Source: a virus (lineage: Duplodnaviria > Heunggongvirae > Uroviricota > Caudoviricetes). From it: DNA of 35,574 nt. A program made the translations under genes and the position numbers. The notes under the pieces were generated by a model. That model did no database searches. It was given only the letters and a program-made list of their open reading frames with translations, and was not told where the DNA came from. Shown in pieces: positions 6,549-15,849 of the stretch (positions within the stretch are counted from its first letter, which is position 1; each line of letters starts with the position of its first letter). The stretch lies in the IMG/VR virus record IMGVR_UViG_2698536477_000007, one strand, 5' to 3'.

Positions 6549-9064
6549 GCGACCATAACGCACAACTGGCGTACCCGTGGAACGCCCCGCTGCCGGTTAT
6601 CGATCCTGAAACGTTCGGCAGAGCGCAACCAACCGCATTACGCCAGGCCATTCAGAGCTACATCAACGAAGACATTCGCACTGACGCCAGACTGGATGAA
6701 GAAACCGTCGCCTTCCTGACAACCACAGACGAAGGGAAGCGAATTAATTCGCATCTTCATCACGACGAAGAGCGTCGGATCAGACTGGAAAAACTGACGC
6801 GACACAAACGCGAAAATCCACCCACACTGGTATCTGAAGCCATGGCGGAGCTGCGCGCCCTGCCGCCGTTTCTTGCCGGTCCGCTCATCCGGGACCTGGC
6901 ACGCCTGAGCCGCAAACAGGAGAGCGCACGCCGGGAAGGGCTTAAGAACAACAGCGCATACGCGGCGGATAACTTCGTTCGTCACGGGCTGCGTGCCCGC
7001 CTGAAACGTATCGCCCGTGTGAATGAACGCTTTGCCACCCCGGCCTTTAAGGCCACCGCCGCGCGCGAACGGCTGGATGAACTGCTTATGCTGCCGCAGC
7101 TGAGCCGTGACGAAATCCAGCGCCTTGCCACCCTGACCGCCACCGCGTTTTCCACCGCACTGGAGCGCGCATGTGATGAGGTCATCGAAAAGACCGGCAG
7201 GGGTGACGATGACCTGCTCACCTGGTTACTGACCTACCAGCCACTGGCACACATGGCGTTAAAACTGGGTATCACGCCACCCTGCTGGCCGTCGCTGGAA
7301 ATCAGGCCCGACCGCCGCACCGCCCCCGACCCGGAACAGGTGCCGGGTGCGGTCATGCGCCTTTCCTGTGCGACATGGTGGAACAGTCAGTTAAGACACC
7401 TCCGGGACATCTGGCGTGAAGAACTGTTACGCGCCGCAGGTCTGGTGTCACGTAAGACATCGGTATATATCAGCCATGAAGCGTTACTGGACTGGCGCGA
7501 AAAACGCCAGCGCACCCGCGATTTTCTGAAGGCCTGGGACATCGAGAACGAAGAGGGAGAACGGTTCAGCCTTGAGGATATCTACTGGGCAGGTCTCTCT
7601 AATCCGCGTAACCGCCGTAACGAGATGATGGCCTGCGTCCGGGGGATGGAGCAGGTCGCCGAAGCACGCGGCGACGTGGCGTTTTTCGTCACCGTCACAG
7701 CCCCTTCCCGTTTTCACAGCGTGAACGATGACGGCAGTCTGAACCCGAAATACTGCGGGGCAACGGTACGTGATGCCAGTGATTATCTGGTTTACCGCTT
7801 TTTCGCCGCCGTCCGCAAGGCCATCAACAAGGCCGGGCTGGGCTGGTACGGCGTGCGCACCGTGGAGCCCCACCACGACGGTACACCGCACTGGCACATG
7901 CTGGTATTCACCAGCCCGGAAAACGAAGCCCGTATCACTGAAATCATGCGCAACGCCGCCATCAGGGAGGACCGCGCAGAGCTGGGTGATGATATATCCC
8001 CGCGTTTTAAATGCGAAAAAATCGACCCGGCAAAAGGCACACCGGCAAGCTATATCGCGACCTATATCGGTAAGAACCTGGACGCCAGCGCCTTCATGGG
8101 GAATGACCCGAAAACCGGCAAACCTTACGTCGATAAGGAATCAGGCAAAACCATGGCCGAAACCGTGGAGAACGCCATCGGCTGGGCGGCCCTTCACCGC
8201 ATCCGCCAGTTCCAGTTCTTCGGTATCCCGCCCCGCCAGGTATGGCGCGAACTCCGCCGCCTTGCCGGGCAGATGGCCCGTAACCCGACTGCCCCGCAGC
8301 GTCTGGACCATGACGACATTGACGCCATACTGGCCGCCGCCGACGTGGGATGTTTTGCCACCTATATCACCCGCCAGGGTGGTGTGCTCATTCCCCGCAA
8401 CACGTACCTGGTCCGCACCGCATACGAAACTGCCGAAGAGGCCAACGACTACGGCGAATTCCCGCAACGCATTTACGGCGTCCGCGCCCCGTCACTCGGG
8501 GAGCGCTACACCATATGCACCCACCCGGACACCTGGAAACTGGTCAGACGTAAGCCGGAAAACGAAGACCGCACGGACGAGGGTTTTGACGTTGAGTGCG
8601 GCTTTGCCGCACCTTGGACTCGTGGCAATAACTGTCCCCCTGACCAGAATCTGACCATAAACGACCCGCCAGAAAGGCAGCCGGACGGACGCAGGGAGCA
8701 GCGACTTACCCTGCCGGAAGGTGATTTGGGTGAATGGTTAAGGTCACTGACCCCTACAGAGCGAAAACAACTCACCAGGCAGCTGAAAAACCCGCCACCT
8801 GACACGGAAACCGTGAAAAACGGCGGCATCAGTGCGCCCGCTGGCGGCGTTCGCGTGAGTGTCGCACTGACCGCTGAGCCACACATCACCGCACAAATCA
8901 CCCGCGAGCTTGATGCGCTGGGCGTGCAGCTGCATGAAAGCGCCGTCGTTTCCGTCCGTCACGGTGCCCGCGTGCGCCTGGCTGACGGACGCACCGCGTA
9001 CTGGAATGACAGCACCCGCCGCATTGATATCACCCCCGCACCGAATACGGAGGCGCCACAATGA
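6545..9064 (+). CDS. A: Rolling-circle replication initiation endonuclease, P2 gpA / 186 RepA family
   Basis: 839 aa; contains ...GTPHWHMLVF... (HUH-type metal-binding motif of P2 A-like initiators); large early gene in the expected position. Confidence 0.88.
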   Translation: MSDHNAQLAYPWNAPLPVIDPETFGRAQPTALRQAIQSYINEDIRTDARLDEETVAFLTTTDEGKRINSHLHHDEERRIRLEKLTRHKRENPPTLVSEAMAELRALPPFLAGPLIRDLARLSRKQESARREGLKNNSAYAADNFVRHGLRARLKRIARVNERFATPAFKATAARERLDELLMLPQLSRDEIQRLATLTATAFSTALERACDEVIEKTGRGDDDLLTWLLTYQPLAHMALKLGITPPCWPSLEIRPDRRTAPDPEQVPGAVMRLSCATWWNSQLRHLRDIWREELLRAAGLVSRKTSVYISHEALLDWREKRQRTRDFLKAWDIENEEGERFSLEDIYWAGLSNPRNRRNEMMACVRGMEQVAEARGDVAFFVTVTAPSRFHSVNDDGSLNPKYCGATVRDASDYLVYRFFAAVRKAINKAGLGWYGVRTVEPHHDGTPHWHMLVFTSPENEARITEIMRNAAIREDRAELGDDISPRFKCEKIDPAKGTPASYIATYIGKNLDASAFMGNDPKTGKPYVDKESGKTMAETVENAIGWAALHRIRQFQFFGIPPRQVWRELRRLAGQMARNPTAPQRLDHDDIDAILAAADVGCFATYITRQGGVLIPRNTYLVRTAYETAEEANDYGEFPQRIYGVRAPSLGERYTICTHPDTWKLVRRKPENEDRTDEGFDVECGFAAPWTRGNNCPPDQNLTINDPPERQPDGRREQRLTLPEGDLGEWLRSLTPTERKQLTRQLKNPPPDTETVKNGGISAPAGGVRVSVALTAEPHITAQITRELDALGVQLHESAVVSVRHGARVRLADGRTAYWNDSTRRIDITPAPNTEAPQ

Positions 9065-9465
9065 CCCGCTTTTATTGCGCCATGCAGCGACAGCGTTTTG
9101 ACGAACTGATGCGCCAGCGCACGCCCTTACTGACCCTGAACAACATTGCCACGGGGCCACAACCTGGCGATGAGCTGGAAATCACGGTCGTCAGTCCCGA
9201 TCGCACCACCACGGCCATCATCACCGACATACTCAACGGACGACCGGACAGCACTAACCGCAGTTGGCTTGTCGCCGTTCGTCCGCGCCGTCCGCCCGGG
9301 GAGCCGGAGCCGCTCACGCCTGCCGGAAAAATCATGCGGCAGTACCACGAAGAGCAGGCACACAAACACAACGCAGAACTCACCAGAACACTGGCATCGA
9401 TTAACCGAAAAGCGGCAATTGCCCGCTATGTGCATTCGGCCGCCAACAGGCAATCACGCAGGTAA
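9061..9465 (+). CDS. Hypothetical protein, 134 aa
   Basis: ATGA overlap with A stop (9061-9064). Confidence 0.5.
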   Translation: MTRFYCAMQRQRFDELMRQRTPLLTLNNIATGPQPGDELEITVVSPDRTTTAIITDILNGRPDSTNRSWLVAVRPRRPPGEPEPLTPAGKIMRQYHEEQAHKHNAELTRTLASINRKAAIARYVHSAANRQSRR

Positions 9466-9512
9466 CAAAGACCATGAACATAACCAGAAACAGCAAACTG
9501 AAGGAGCACACC

Positions 9513-9668
9513 ATGAACGACATCAGGAGGATCAGCGACAAAGACCTGAAGAAAATGATTGAGTCGGCACAGCAGCTGCTTTCACGACAAAACCCGGTCG
9601 TGGAAGAAACGTGGTGGGAGAATTTACTTGCAGCACTGACCGAACTCCGGGAGCGCCGTCAGCAGTAA
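9513..9668 (+). CDS. Hypothetical small protein, about 51 aa
   Basis: AAGGAG ribosome-binding site 7 nt upstream of ATG 9513; in-frame part of ORF 9474..9668. Confidence 0.4.
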   Translation: MNDIRRISDKDLKKMIESAQQLLSRQNPVVEETWWENLLAALTELRERRQQ

Positions 9669-9741
9669 GGCTGCGCTGGCGCGCCTGATTTTTTCACCGC
9701 AACGCAATTTATTCGCCTGGCACACAAAGGAGAACACCACA

Positions 9742-9906
9742 ATGAACGAACTGTTTATCGCCGTTAAGGGCGCGCTGATTTTTACCATTGCATGGATTGC
9801 TTTAATGGCATTCCTGACGTGGGAAAACCCGTTTCGCCACTTCACAGCAGGCTTTATCGCCAGAATTTATGCGGCAACCGTTGCGGTTATCTGGTTGCTC
9901 TCGTGA
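9742..9906 (+). CDS. Small membrane protein, 54 aa (MNELFIAVKGALIFTIAWIALMAFLTWENPFRHFTAGFIARIYAATVAVIWLLS)
   Basis: AAGGAG ribosome-binding site; two hydrophobic helices; below ORF-track cutoff. Confidence 0.45.
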   Translation: MNELFIAVKGALIFTIAWIALMAFLTWENPFRHFTAGFIARIYAATVAVIWLLS

Positions 9907-10093
9907 CTGAAAGGAAAAAACGTGTGAAAAGAAGACAACTAAAAAAATACAACCCCATGAAATTGAGCAGCATAAAAAAGCGAACATTTAGTACAGACAG
10001 CACAAAAGTTATAAAGATCACTTTTATAGCTTTTGCTGTCTATATAGTAAATGAGATGTGGTAAAAGTTAGTCACTAACCACAAGGAAGAGAT

Positions 10094-10312
10094 ATGCCAA
10101 CACTTATTGGGAAAGTACTACGCCGATACACGGATGCGGTAGCATCACATGTTGATACAAATCTGGAGCAAACAGCAAAATACCGACTTACCGTTGATGC
10201 AAACGGTAATGCGACCCTGAACATTGACAACCCTGAAGTCAAAGCCGACATCATTCGGAAGATGAAATATCTCCAACAGATACATAACCGCACAAATAAG
10301 GATGTTGCTTAA
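10094..10312 (+). CDS. Hypothetical protein, 72 aa, in AT-rich segment
   Basis: AAGGAAG ribosome-binding site 7 nt upstream; preceded by about 190 bp of AT-rich promoter-like sequence. Confidence 0.5.
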   Translation: MPTLIGKVLRRYTDAVASHVDTNLEQTAKYRLTVDANGNATLNIDNPEVKADIIRKMKYLQQIHNRTNKDVA

Positions 10313-10371
10313 TGGCACCACTCATCATCATTTGCAAAGAAAAGCGCCAGCCGCATTCCGTTAAGAGAGCT

Positions 10372-10402
10372 GGTGAGTCGGGGCAAAAATTCTTTTTGCC
10401 CC
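10372..10402. other. Candidate cos site region with adjacent perfect 10-bp stem hairpin
   Basis: GGTGAGTCGGGGCAAAAAT (10372-10390) matches 13 of 19 positions of the P2 cohesive end as I recall it (GGCGAGGCGGGGAAAGCAC); hairpin GGGGCAAAAA-TTC-TTTTTGCCCC at 10380-10402; position downstream of Q-like gene fits P2. Confidence 0.4.
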
Positions 10403-10429
10403 GGCGAAGCAGCAGACAAGCGAAGCGCG

Positions 10430-10693
10430 TCAGGAACGCCGCGACAGAAGTTCAAGCGCATACCGGCGATCTTCCGGGCGCATGGCATCCACCAGGAACT
10501 TCACCATATTGCGACAGGAGCGGGCACCGGGGCTGAGGGTATGGGAAAAGGTCATCGTACAGACGAAGGTGTGCCCGCATTCGACATCACTGCATGCACA
10601 GTAAAGATCCGCAAGTTCAAGGGTTTTCCAGTCTGTCTTCCGGATGACAGCAGGTGCGCCACAGTCCGGACACCGGGCTTTAAAAATCCGCAT
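10430..10693 (-). CDS. ogr: Ogr/Delta-family zinc-finger late transcription activator, 87 aa
   Basis: MRIFKARCPDCGAPAVIRKTDWKTLELADLYCACSDVECGHTF gives C-x2-C-x22-C-x4-C spacing as in P2 Ogr; GGGAGGT ribosome-binding site before ATG 10693. Confidence 0.75.
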   Translation of the reverse strand: MRIFKARCPDCGAPAVIRKTDWKTLELADLYCACSDVECGHTFVCTMTFSHTLSPGARSCRNMVKFLVDAMRPEDRRYALELLSRRS

Positions 10694-10730
10694 CTTACCT
10701 CCCGATAACACGTATCCCGGGGAGGACATT

Positions 10731-11783
10731 TTACCCGACCGGCACCGCTTTTTCTTCCGCCACATGCCCGGCATCCACATCAAAACAAAGATAAAGGTGT
10801 TCCGGTATATCGGGATCGCTGTTCACGGCGTTCATGATTTTACGCTGAAGCGGTATCACCTCATCCTTGCGGTACGTTTCACGCGTCGTCTCCGGGTTAG
10901 GGATGGTGGCCCCGTTCGTGGGGATGATCCCCGCAAGACCGGCAGGAAAACGGTGTGCCGTAAACACATCCTGGGCACTGATCCCCTTGATGTTTGAAAA
11001 TTCATCCTTGGCGCTCACCTCACCAATCGGAATAATTTTCACCCCATCCGGCGAACCTTTGGGGATGTTGATGTACAGATTGCGGAAGTTTCCCAGCCCC
11101 TTAGACTCCGCCACCTTCTCGCGGATCTCATCCTCCATCTCCGTAGTGATCCCCGGGTCGTTCGTATACAGCAAAAACCCCATATGCGCCCCGTTGTTGT
11201 AGTAACGGCGACGAAAAAGGCTGGCCTCGCTGTTCAGCAGCGCCGAGTGAATGCCACCGATATAATCCGGCAGCCCGTAAATTTGCTGACGCGGATCATA
11301 CATCCGCAGAAAGATAATATCTTCCGGCGTATAGACCAGCGCGGGGCCTTCCTGAAGCACCACGAACTCACCGGTTTTGCGGCGCCGGAGATACAGCGAC
11401 GGAAGCGGCTCAAGTGCCACGACGTCGCCGAATACGTTACGCACCTTGAGCAGGGCGAGATCGCCGAACAACAGGTAGTCAAATACCGCCTGTTCCATCT
11501 GGTCCGTTGTGAGACCACCACCGGTATAGCCCCCCGCCACCATGTTACGGCGGGCATACAGCACCCCACCATGCTGGGCGTTAAGGTTCGGGAGCTGCGC
11601 CAGTGCCAGGCGGTTAATCGGCAGCTGCCAGTGGTTGTGTTCGTTGTCATACCAGATGTTATGGTAGTCCGTGCCGGTGGTCAGCACCGGTTCCGGCTGG
11701 CCAAAGGTGATTGTGCTGCCACGTGCGGGCGTGAATGCTTTTTTCGTCACGCGTGACGTTTTGTTTCTGCGTTTCTTGCTCAT
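10731..11783 (-). CDS. Q: Portal protein, P2 gpQ family
   Basis: MSKKRRNK... start; conserved ...LFRRRYYNNGAHMGF... and ...GVKIIPIGEVSAKDEFSNIKG... match P2 Q from recall; ATGA overlap with P stop. Confidence 0.9.
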   Translation of the reverse strand: MSKKRRNKTSRVTKKAFTPARGSTITFGQPEPVLTTGTDYHNIWYDNEHNHWQLPINRLALAQLPNLNAQHGGVLYARRNMVAGGYTGGGLTTDQMEQAVFDYLLFGDLALLKVRNVFGDVVALEPLPSLYLRRRKTGEFVVLQEGPALVYTPEDIIFLRMYDPRQQIYGLPDYIGGIHSALLNSEASLFRRRYYNNGAHMGFLLYTNDPGITTEMEDEIREKVAESKGLGNFRNLYINIPKGSPDGVKIIPIGEVSAKDEFSNIKGISAQDVFTAHRFPAGLAGIIPTNGATIPNPETTRETYRKDEVIPLQRKIMNAVNSDPDIPEHLYLCFDVDAGHVAEEKAVPVG

Positions 11784-13585
11784 GCGGCTTTCCCGAAGGC
11801 CCATGTGGACGGGCGTTCATAGTCATAATCTACAGGCTCATTAATCACGGCGTGCGAAATGGCAAAAAACACATCCGCATGCCCCGTAACATCCGACCGT
11901 TCCGCCACGAACGTCAGCGCGTTACCGCTTTTTGTGGTGGTGCGGCGTATGGACATGAACGACGCGGGGATCTCCGTGCGTTCACGGCTGGCCTCATCAA
12001 TGGCGTCTTTCGCCCACTCGATACGCTTATGGGCCACCACGTCTATCATTTTCATCACCAGGCGGTTTTTGCTCTCCACGCTGTAAAGAATGGCGTTAGC
12101 CTCACGTGGCGCAAAGCGACTGACGATATCAAACACCCCTTTCCCGATACCGGTGATATCTATGCCGATATAGGTAATGTTAAAGCGCTGCATCAGTTCG
12201 CGGATCTGATCGGCCTGCCAGGTGAAGTTAAACCCCTGCCACTGCCAGACGGCGAGCACACGGAACCGCTCGCCTTCATGGACAGGCGGAGCCACAATTA
12301 CAAACGTGGAATTATCCCCGGACCTTGACGGGTCAAAGCCCGCCCACACCTCACGATTGCCGAACGGACGTGCCGCCGTGGGATCGTAGTCACCCCACGT
12401 CTCCATCTCCACCTCGCACCTGACCAGTTCGGAGAACTTAAATACCGCATCCTTGCTGTCAACAAACTCGCAGCCGTACAGCATCGCATAGGTGGTCGGG
12501 TTGTAGAGGTTCCTGATACGTTCAATATCAACCCGTGCAGACAGGCCACCCGCCACCGCCTCTTCCAGCCGGATAATGTAGCGCCAGATCCCGTCAGGGC
12601 ATTCACAGCCCACACGCATCGCGCTTTCTTTCGGAAACTCAACAGCACGACGCGTCGGGTCATCCCCGCGCCAGTCGTCACCGTTCCAGACCAGATAAGC
12701 CTGGTGGGTTTTGGCGCTGGGTGTGGAAAAATACGTCGTGCGGTATTTGTCGTGGGTCGCCATTGCCGAGGCCACTTCATGCAGTCGCGTGAATTTTGGG
12801 ATCCAGAACACCTCATCGCCGTAAAGGTGGCCGTTAAATCCCTGGGCGGTACTGGCATTGGTGGACAGGAAGCGCAGCATTGCACCATTGCTCAGACGGA
12901 TATGCTTACCCGTGAGCGTGATCCCGAACTGCTGGGCGAAATCAATAATATATTCACGGAAGATTTCCGCCTGTACCCGTGACGCAGAAAAGAAAATCTG
13001 GTTATCACCGGTCACCACCGCATCTTCGAACGCCTCCCATGCAAAATACCAGGTCATGCCGATCTGGCGGCTCTTGAGGATGAAACGGCGCTCACGGTGC
13101 CGGTTCTCGCGGCAGTGCAGCTGGTAGGCATAAAGATTTTTACGCGCCCATTCATCCAGCATTTCAGCAGTCAGTCCGGAAACGTCGTTTTTCCGGTAGC
13201 GCCGCTTTTTCCCTTCTCCCCCGCCGCAGGTCCCCGCAGCCGCGCCGTCCTCATACCCTGCCGGACGCAGGGCGGAAATTTCCGCCATCCTTTCAGCGTG
13301 TTTGTTTTTCTGGGCGATGATCTTCACGTGCTGTGCGATAAGTTCACGCAGTTCGGCAAGTTCACACTCTGTCTTGCCCTCCCGTCCGGTCAGCACATCA
13401 ATACGCCGGGCGATCACGTCCTCAACGGATTCGGCGGGCAGCAGGGCGGCCCACTGCCCCACATCACACCAGTGGTAAACCGTGCGCGGCGGAATACCGA
13501 GTTCCGCCGCAATATCGCGGGGGTGCCACCGCTTCAGGTAAAGCGATCGCGCCGCCTCTTTGATTTCGTCAGAATATTTAGCCAT
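11780..13585 (-). CDS. P: Terminase large (ATPase) subunit, P2 gpP family
   Basis: About 601 aa, co-oriented with Q and divergent from O as in P2; start 13585 (MAKYSDE) or 13606 ambiguous. Confidence 0.88.
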   Translation of the reverse strand: MAKYSDEIKEAARSLYLKRWHPRDIAAELGIPPRTVYHWCDVGQWAALLPAESVEDVIARRIDVLTGREGKTECELAELRELIAQHVKIIAQKNKHAERMAEISALRPAGYEDGAAAGTCGGGEGKKRRYRKNDVSGLTAEMLDEWARKNLYAYQLHCRENRHRERRFILKSRQIGMTWYFAWEAFEDAVVTGDNQIFFSASRVQAEIFREYIIDFAQQFGITLTGKHIRLSNGAMLRFLSTNASTAQGFNGHLYGDEVFWIPKFTRLHEVASAMATHDKYRTTYFSTPSAKTHQAYLVWNGDDWRGDDPTRRAVEFPKESAMRVGCECPDGIWRYIIRLEEAVAGGLSARVDIERIRNLYNPTTYAMLYGCEFVDSKDAVFKFSELVRCEVEMETWGDYDPTAARPFGNREVWAGFDPSRSGDNSTFVIVAPPVHEGERFRVLAVWQWQGFNFTWQADQIRELMQRFNITYIGIDITGIGKGVFDIVSRFAPREANAILYSVESKNRLVMKMIDVVAHKRIEWAKDAIDEASRERTEIPASFMSIRRTTTKSGNALTFVAERSDVTGHADVFFAISHAVINEPVDYDYERPSTWAFGKAA

Positions 13586-13751
13586 GCGCCCATTATGGCG
13601 GCGCATCCGGCCCGCATTCAGGCAGAAAATTTCGGCTGTGTTCGGCTATCCCGCGTTATCCGAAGGCAGCCGAATTCAGCCAGTAGCCCCCCGCTGTAAA
13701 AATCCCGACACTCACCGGAGTTCTTCAGATTTTCACGTAAAAGAGGCCACG

Positions 13752-14801
13752 ATGCCGCAGCCAACGTTGATGACCGACTGGATATGTATCGCCACATCAG
13801 GACCGACCGTTGACGGCCGCGAAATTGATCCGCAGTGGCTGACTGATGCCGCTGAAACCTATTCCCGCAACACCTACACGGCGATGCTGTGGCCCTGGCA
13901 TGAGGAAGAAATCGGACACCGCCAGTACACCAGTAATCTGGGTGAAGTGGACTCACTGAAAGCGGAAACCGGCGAGGACGGTAAAACCCGCCTCTACGCA
14001 CGGCTGGTCCCTAACCAGTACCTGATTGAAGCCAACAGACTGGGGCAGAAGCTGTTCACATCCGCCGAGATAGTGGAGAACTTCGCCCGGAGCGGACGCG
14101 ACTATCTCCTGGGCGTGGCGGTGACGGATATCCCCGCCAGTCTGGGGACGGAAAAAATACGCTTCACCCTGAACAACGAGGAATACACGGCACAGCGGGC
14201 GAACTGCCAGACGTTCACGCTGGGCAGCCTGTCACCGGACACCTCCCCGGCCCCCCGTAAACCTGAATCATTCCTGAAACGCCTGTTCAGCGCAGGACAG
14301 ACCGACAACACCGACACCAGTAAGCCTGATACAGGCGAGGACGCAAAAATGGACGAAATTAAAGCACTGCTTGAAAAGCTGATCACCCTGGTGGAAGGCG
14401 GCAGCGCCGCTGCCACTGGCGAGGGCACAGCAGACACGCCGGAAGAAGCAAAAGCCGAAGTCGCGGAAATCGCCGCCGAAATCGCCGACGCCGCCGCAGA
14501 GGTGGCAGAGCTGGCAGAAGAAGTGAAAGCCGCCCCGGAAGACGAGGTTAAGGCCGAAGCCTTTACCGCTGCAAAAGCGAAGCTGGAAGACGCCATCAAA
14601 GCCTTCAGCACCATCACACCGGAAAAAGGCGAACGTTACCGCCGCTTTGCCGCCCGTCGCCGGGACGACACCGACAAAGAAGAAATCAAAGCCATTGCCG
14701 AAAAACTTAACGACCTGACCACGAAGCTGTCAGCCACCGGCATCACGCCACGCCCGGCTGGCACACCGGCAGAAAGCGAAAAACCGTTTGACTTTGTTTA
14801 A
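13752..14801 (+). CDS. O: Capsid scaffolding protein, P2 gpO family
   Basis: AAGAGG ribosome-binding site at ATG 13752; ...GVAVTDIPASLGTEKIRF... resembles P2 O ...GLAVTDDPASLGTEYLEF...; Ala/Glu-rich coiled-coil C-terminus. Confidence 0.85.
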   Translation: MPQPTLMTDWICIATSGPTVDGREIDPQWLTDAAETYSRNTYTAMLWPWHEEEIGHRQYTSNLGEVDSLKAETGEDGKTRLYARLVPNQYLIEANRLGQKLFTSAEIVENFARSGRDYLLGVAVTDIPASLGTEKIRFTLNNEEYTAQRANCQTFTLGSLSPDTSPAPRKPESFLKRLFSAGQTDNTDTSKPDTGEDAKMDEIKALLEKLITLVEGGSAAATGEGTADTPEEAKAEVAEIAAEIADAAAEVAELAEEVKAAPEDEVKAEAFTAAKAKLEDAIKAFSTITPEKGERYRRFAARRRDDTDKEEIKAIAEKLNDLTTKLSATGITPRPAGTPAESEKPFDFV

Positions 14802-14812
14802 GGACACGCAAC

Positions 14813-15832
14813 ATGCAACTGAACCAGAAAACCGAATCACTGCTTCGTAAGTACGCTGCCGGGCTGGGCGCGGCAAACGGGGTTGACGACGTCACACGCT
14901 ATTTTGCGCTGTCTGACCCGAAGGAGACCGCGCTGCGTGACGCCATCATGCACTCCGACGAGTTTTTATCAAAACTGCCGAACGTGCTGGATGTTGAACA
15001 GGTGACAGGCCAGGTGGTCACCACCGGCACGCCGGGCCTCCACACCGGACGTAAAAAGGACGGACGCTTCACCATTCAGCTGGGTGTTACCGGGAATGAA
15101 TACAAGCTGGCTGAAACCGATTCCGGCGCCCACCTCCTGTACACCACACTGGTCACCTGGGCGAACGCAGGAAGTGAAAACGAGTTCTTTAACCGCATTC
15201 AGAATTTTGTTAACAGACAGATCGCGCTGGATATCCTGCGCATCGCCTTTAACGGTACCAGCGTGGCCGAAAATACTGACCCGGTAACCAACAAAAACGG
15301 CGAGGACGTCAACACCGGCTGGCATGCCATCGTCAAAGCCCGAAGCGCAAAACAGATCGTGGAGGCTGGCCCGACGCTGGGCAAGGGTGGCGACTTTATC
15401 GGGCTGGATGCAGCCGTGGCAGATCTCGTGCACACCCTCATTGATGAGTCGTATCGTGGTCATCCGGATCTGGTGGTACTGGTAGCCCCCGATCTTGTGG
15501 CACAGGACAAGGTGACGCTGCTTAACGCCATCGACGCCCCCACCGAAAAAGTGGCCGCACAGCTTATCGGTCGCCAGATCGCCGGACTGACGGCATACAC
15601 CCCGCCGTTTATGCCGGAAGGCCGTCTGATTGTCACCACGCTGGCGAACCTTCACATCTACACGCAGCGCGGTACCCGTCAGCGCCGTGCAGAGTGGAAC
15701 GACGATCGCAAGCGTTTCGAAAACAACTATCTGCGCATGGAAGGTTACGCCGTGGAGCACGACGAAATTTACGCGGCCTACGACAAACTGACCATCAAGG
15801 GCGCAGAAGCCGTACCGGGCGTCGGCGGCTGA
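14813..15832 (+). CDS. N: Major capsid protein, P2 gpN family
   Basis: 339 aa; ...GKGGDFIGLDAAVADL...HPDLVVLVAPDLVAQDK... parallels P2 N ...GKGGDYASLDALVMDA...DPDLVVIVGRQLLADK... Confidence 0.9.
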   Translation: MQLNQKTESLLRKYAAGLGAANGVDDVTRYFALSDPKETALRDAIMHSDEFLSKLPNVLDVEQVTGQVVTTGTPGLHTGRKKDGRFTIQLGVTGNEYKLAETDSGAHLLYTTLVTWANAGSENEFFNRIQNFVNRQIALDILRIAFNGTSVAENTDPVTNKNGEDVNTGWHAIVKARSAKQIVEAGPTLGKGGDFIGLDAAVADLVHTLIDESYRGHPDLVVLVAPDLVAQDKVTLLNAIDAPTEKVAAQLIGRQIAGLTAYTPPFMPEGRLIVTTLANLHIYTQRGTRQRRAEWNDDRKRFENNYLRMEGYAVEHDEIYAAYDKLTIKGAEAVPGVGG

Positions 15833-15849
15833 GGACGGAGGGCGGCGCA

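Noticed and set aside
7770-8654. 294-aa Pro/Thr/Ser/Arg-rich ORF
   Set aside because: Alternative frame inside the replication gene A; low-complexity translation typical of GC-rich off-frame reading.
9906-10093. LexA (SOS) box for a Tum-like antirepressor
   Set aside because: CTGT is present (CTGTCTATATAGTAA) but the ACAG half is missing; no CTGT-N8-ACAG match found.
10312-10536. 74-aa plus-strand ORF
   Set aside because: Overlaps the cos-like hairpin and is antisense to the Ogr-like gene.
11859-13699. Plus-strand ORFs inside the terminase gene (for example 13097..13699)
   Set aside because: Opposite-strand or alternate-frame ORFs within the well-supported terminase ATPase gene.
13560-13751. 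Long 5' extension of the scaffold gene (start at 13560)
   Set aside because: It would overlap the divergent terminase gene; ATG 13752 has a proper AAGAGG ribosome-binding site and the homology begins there.
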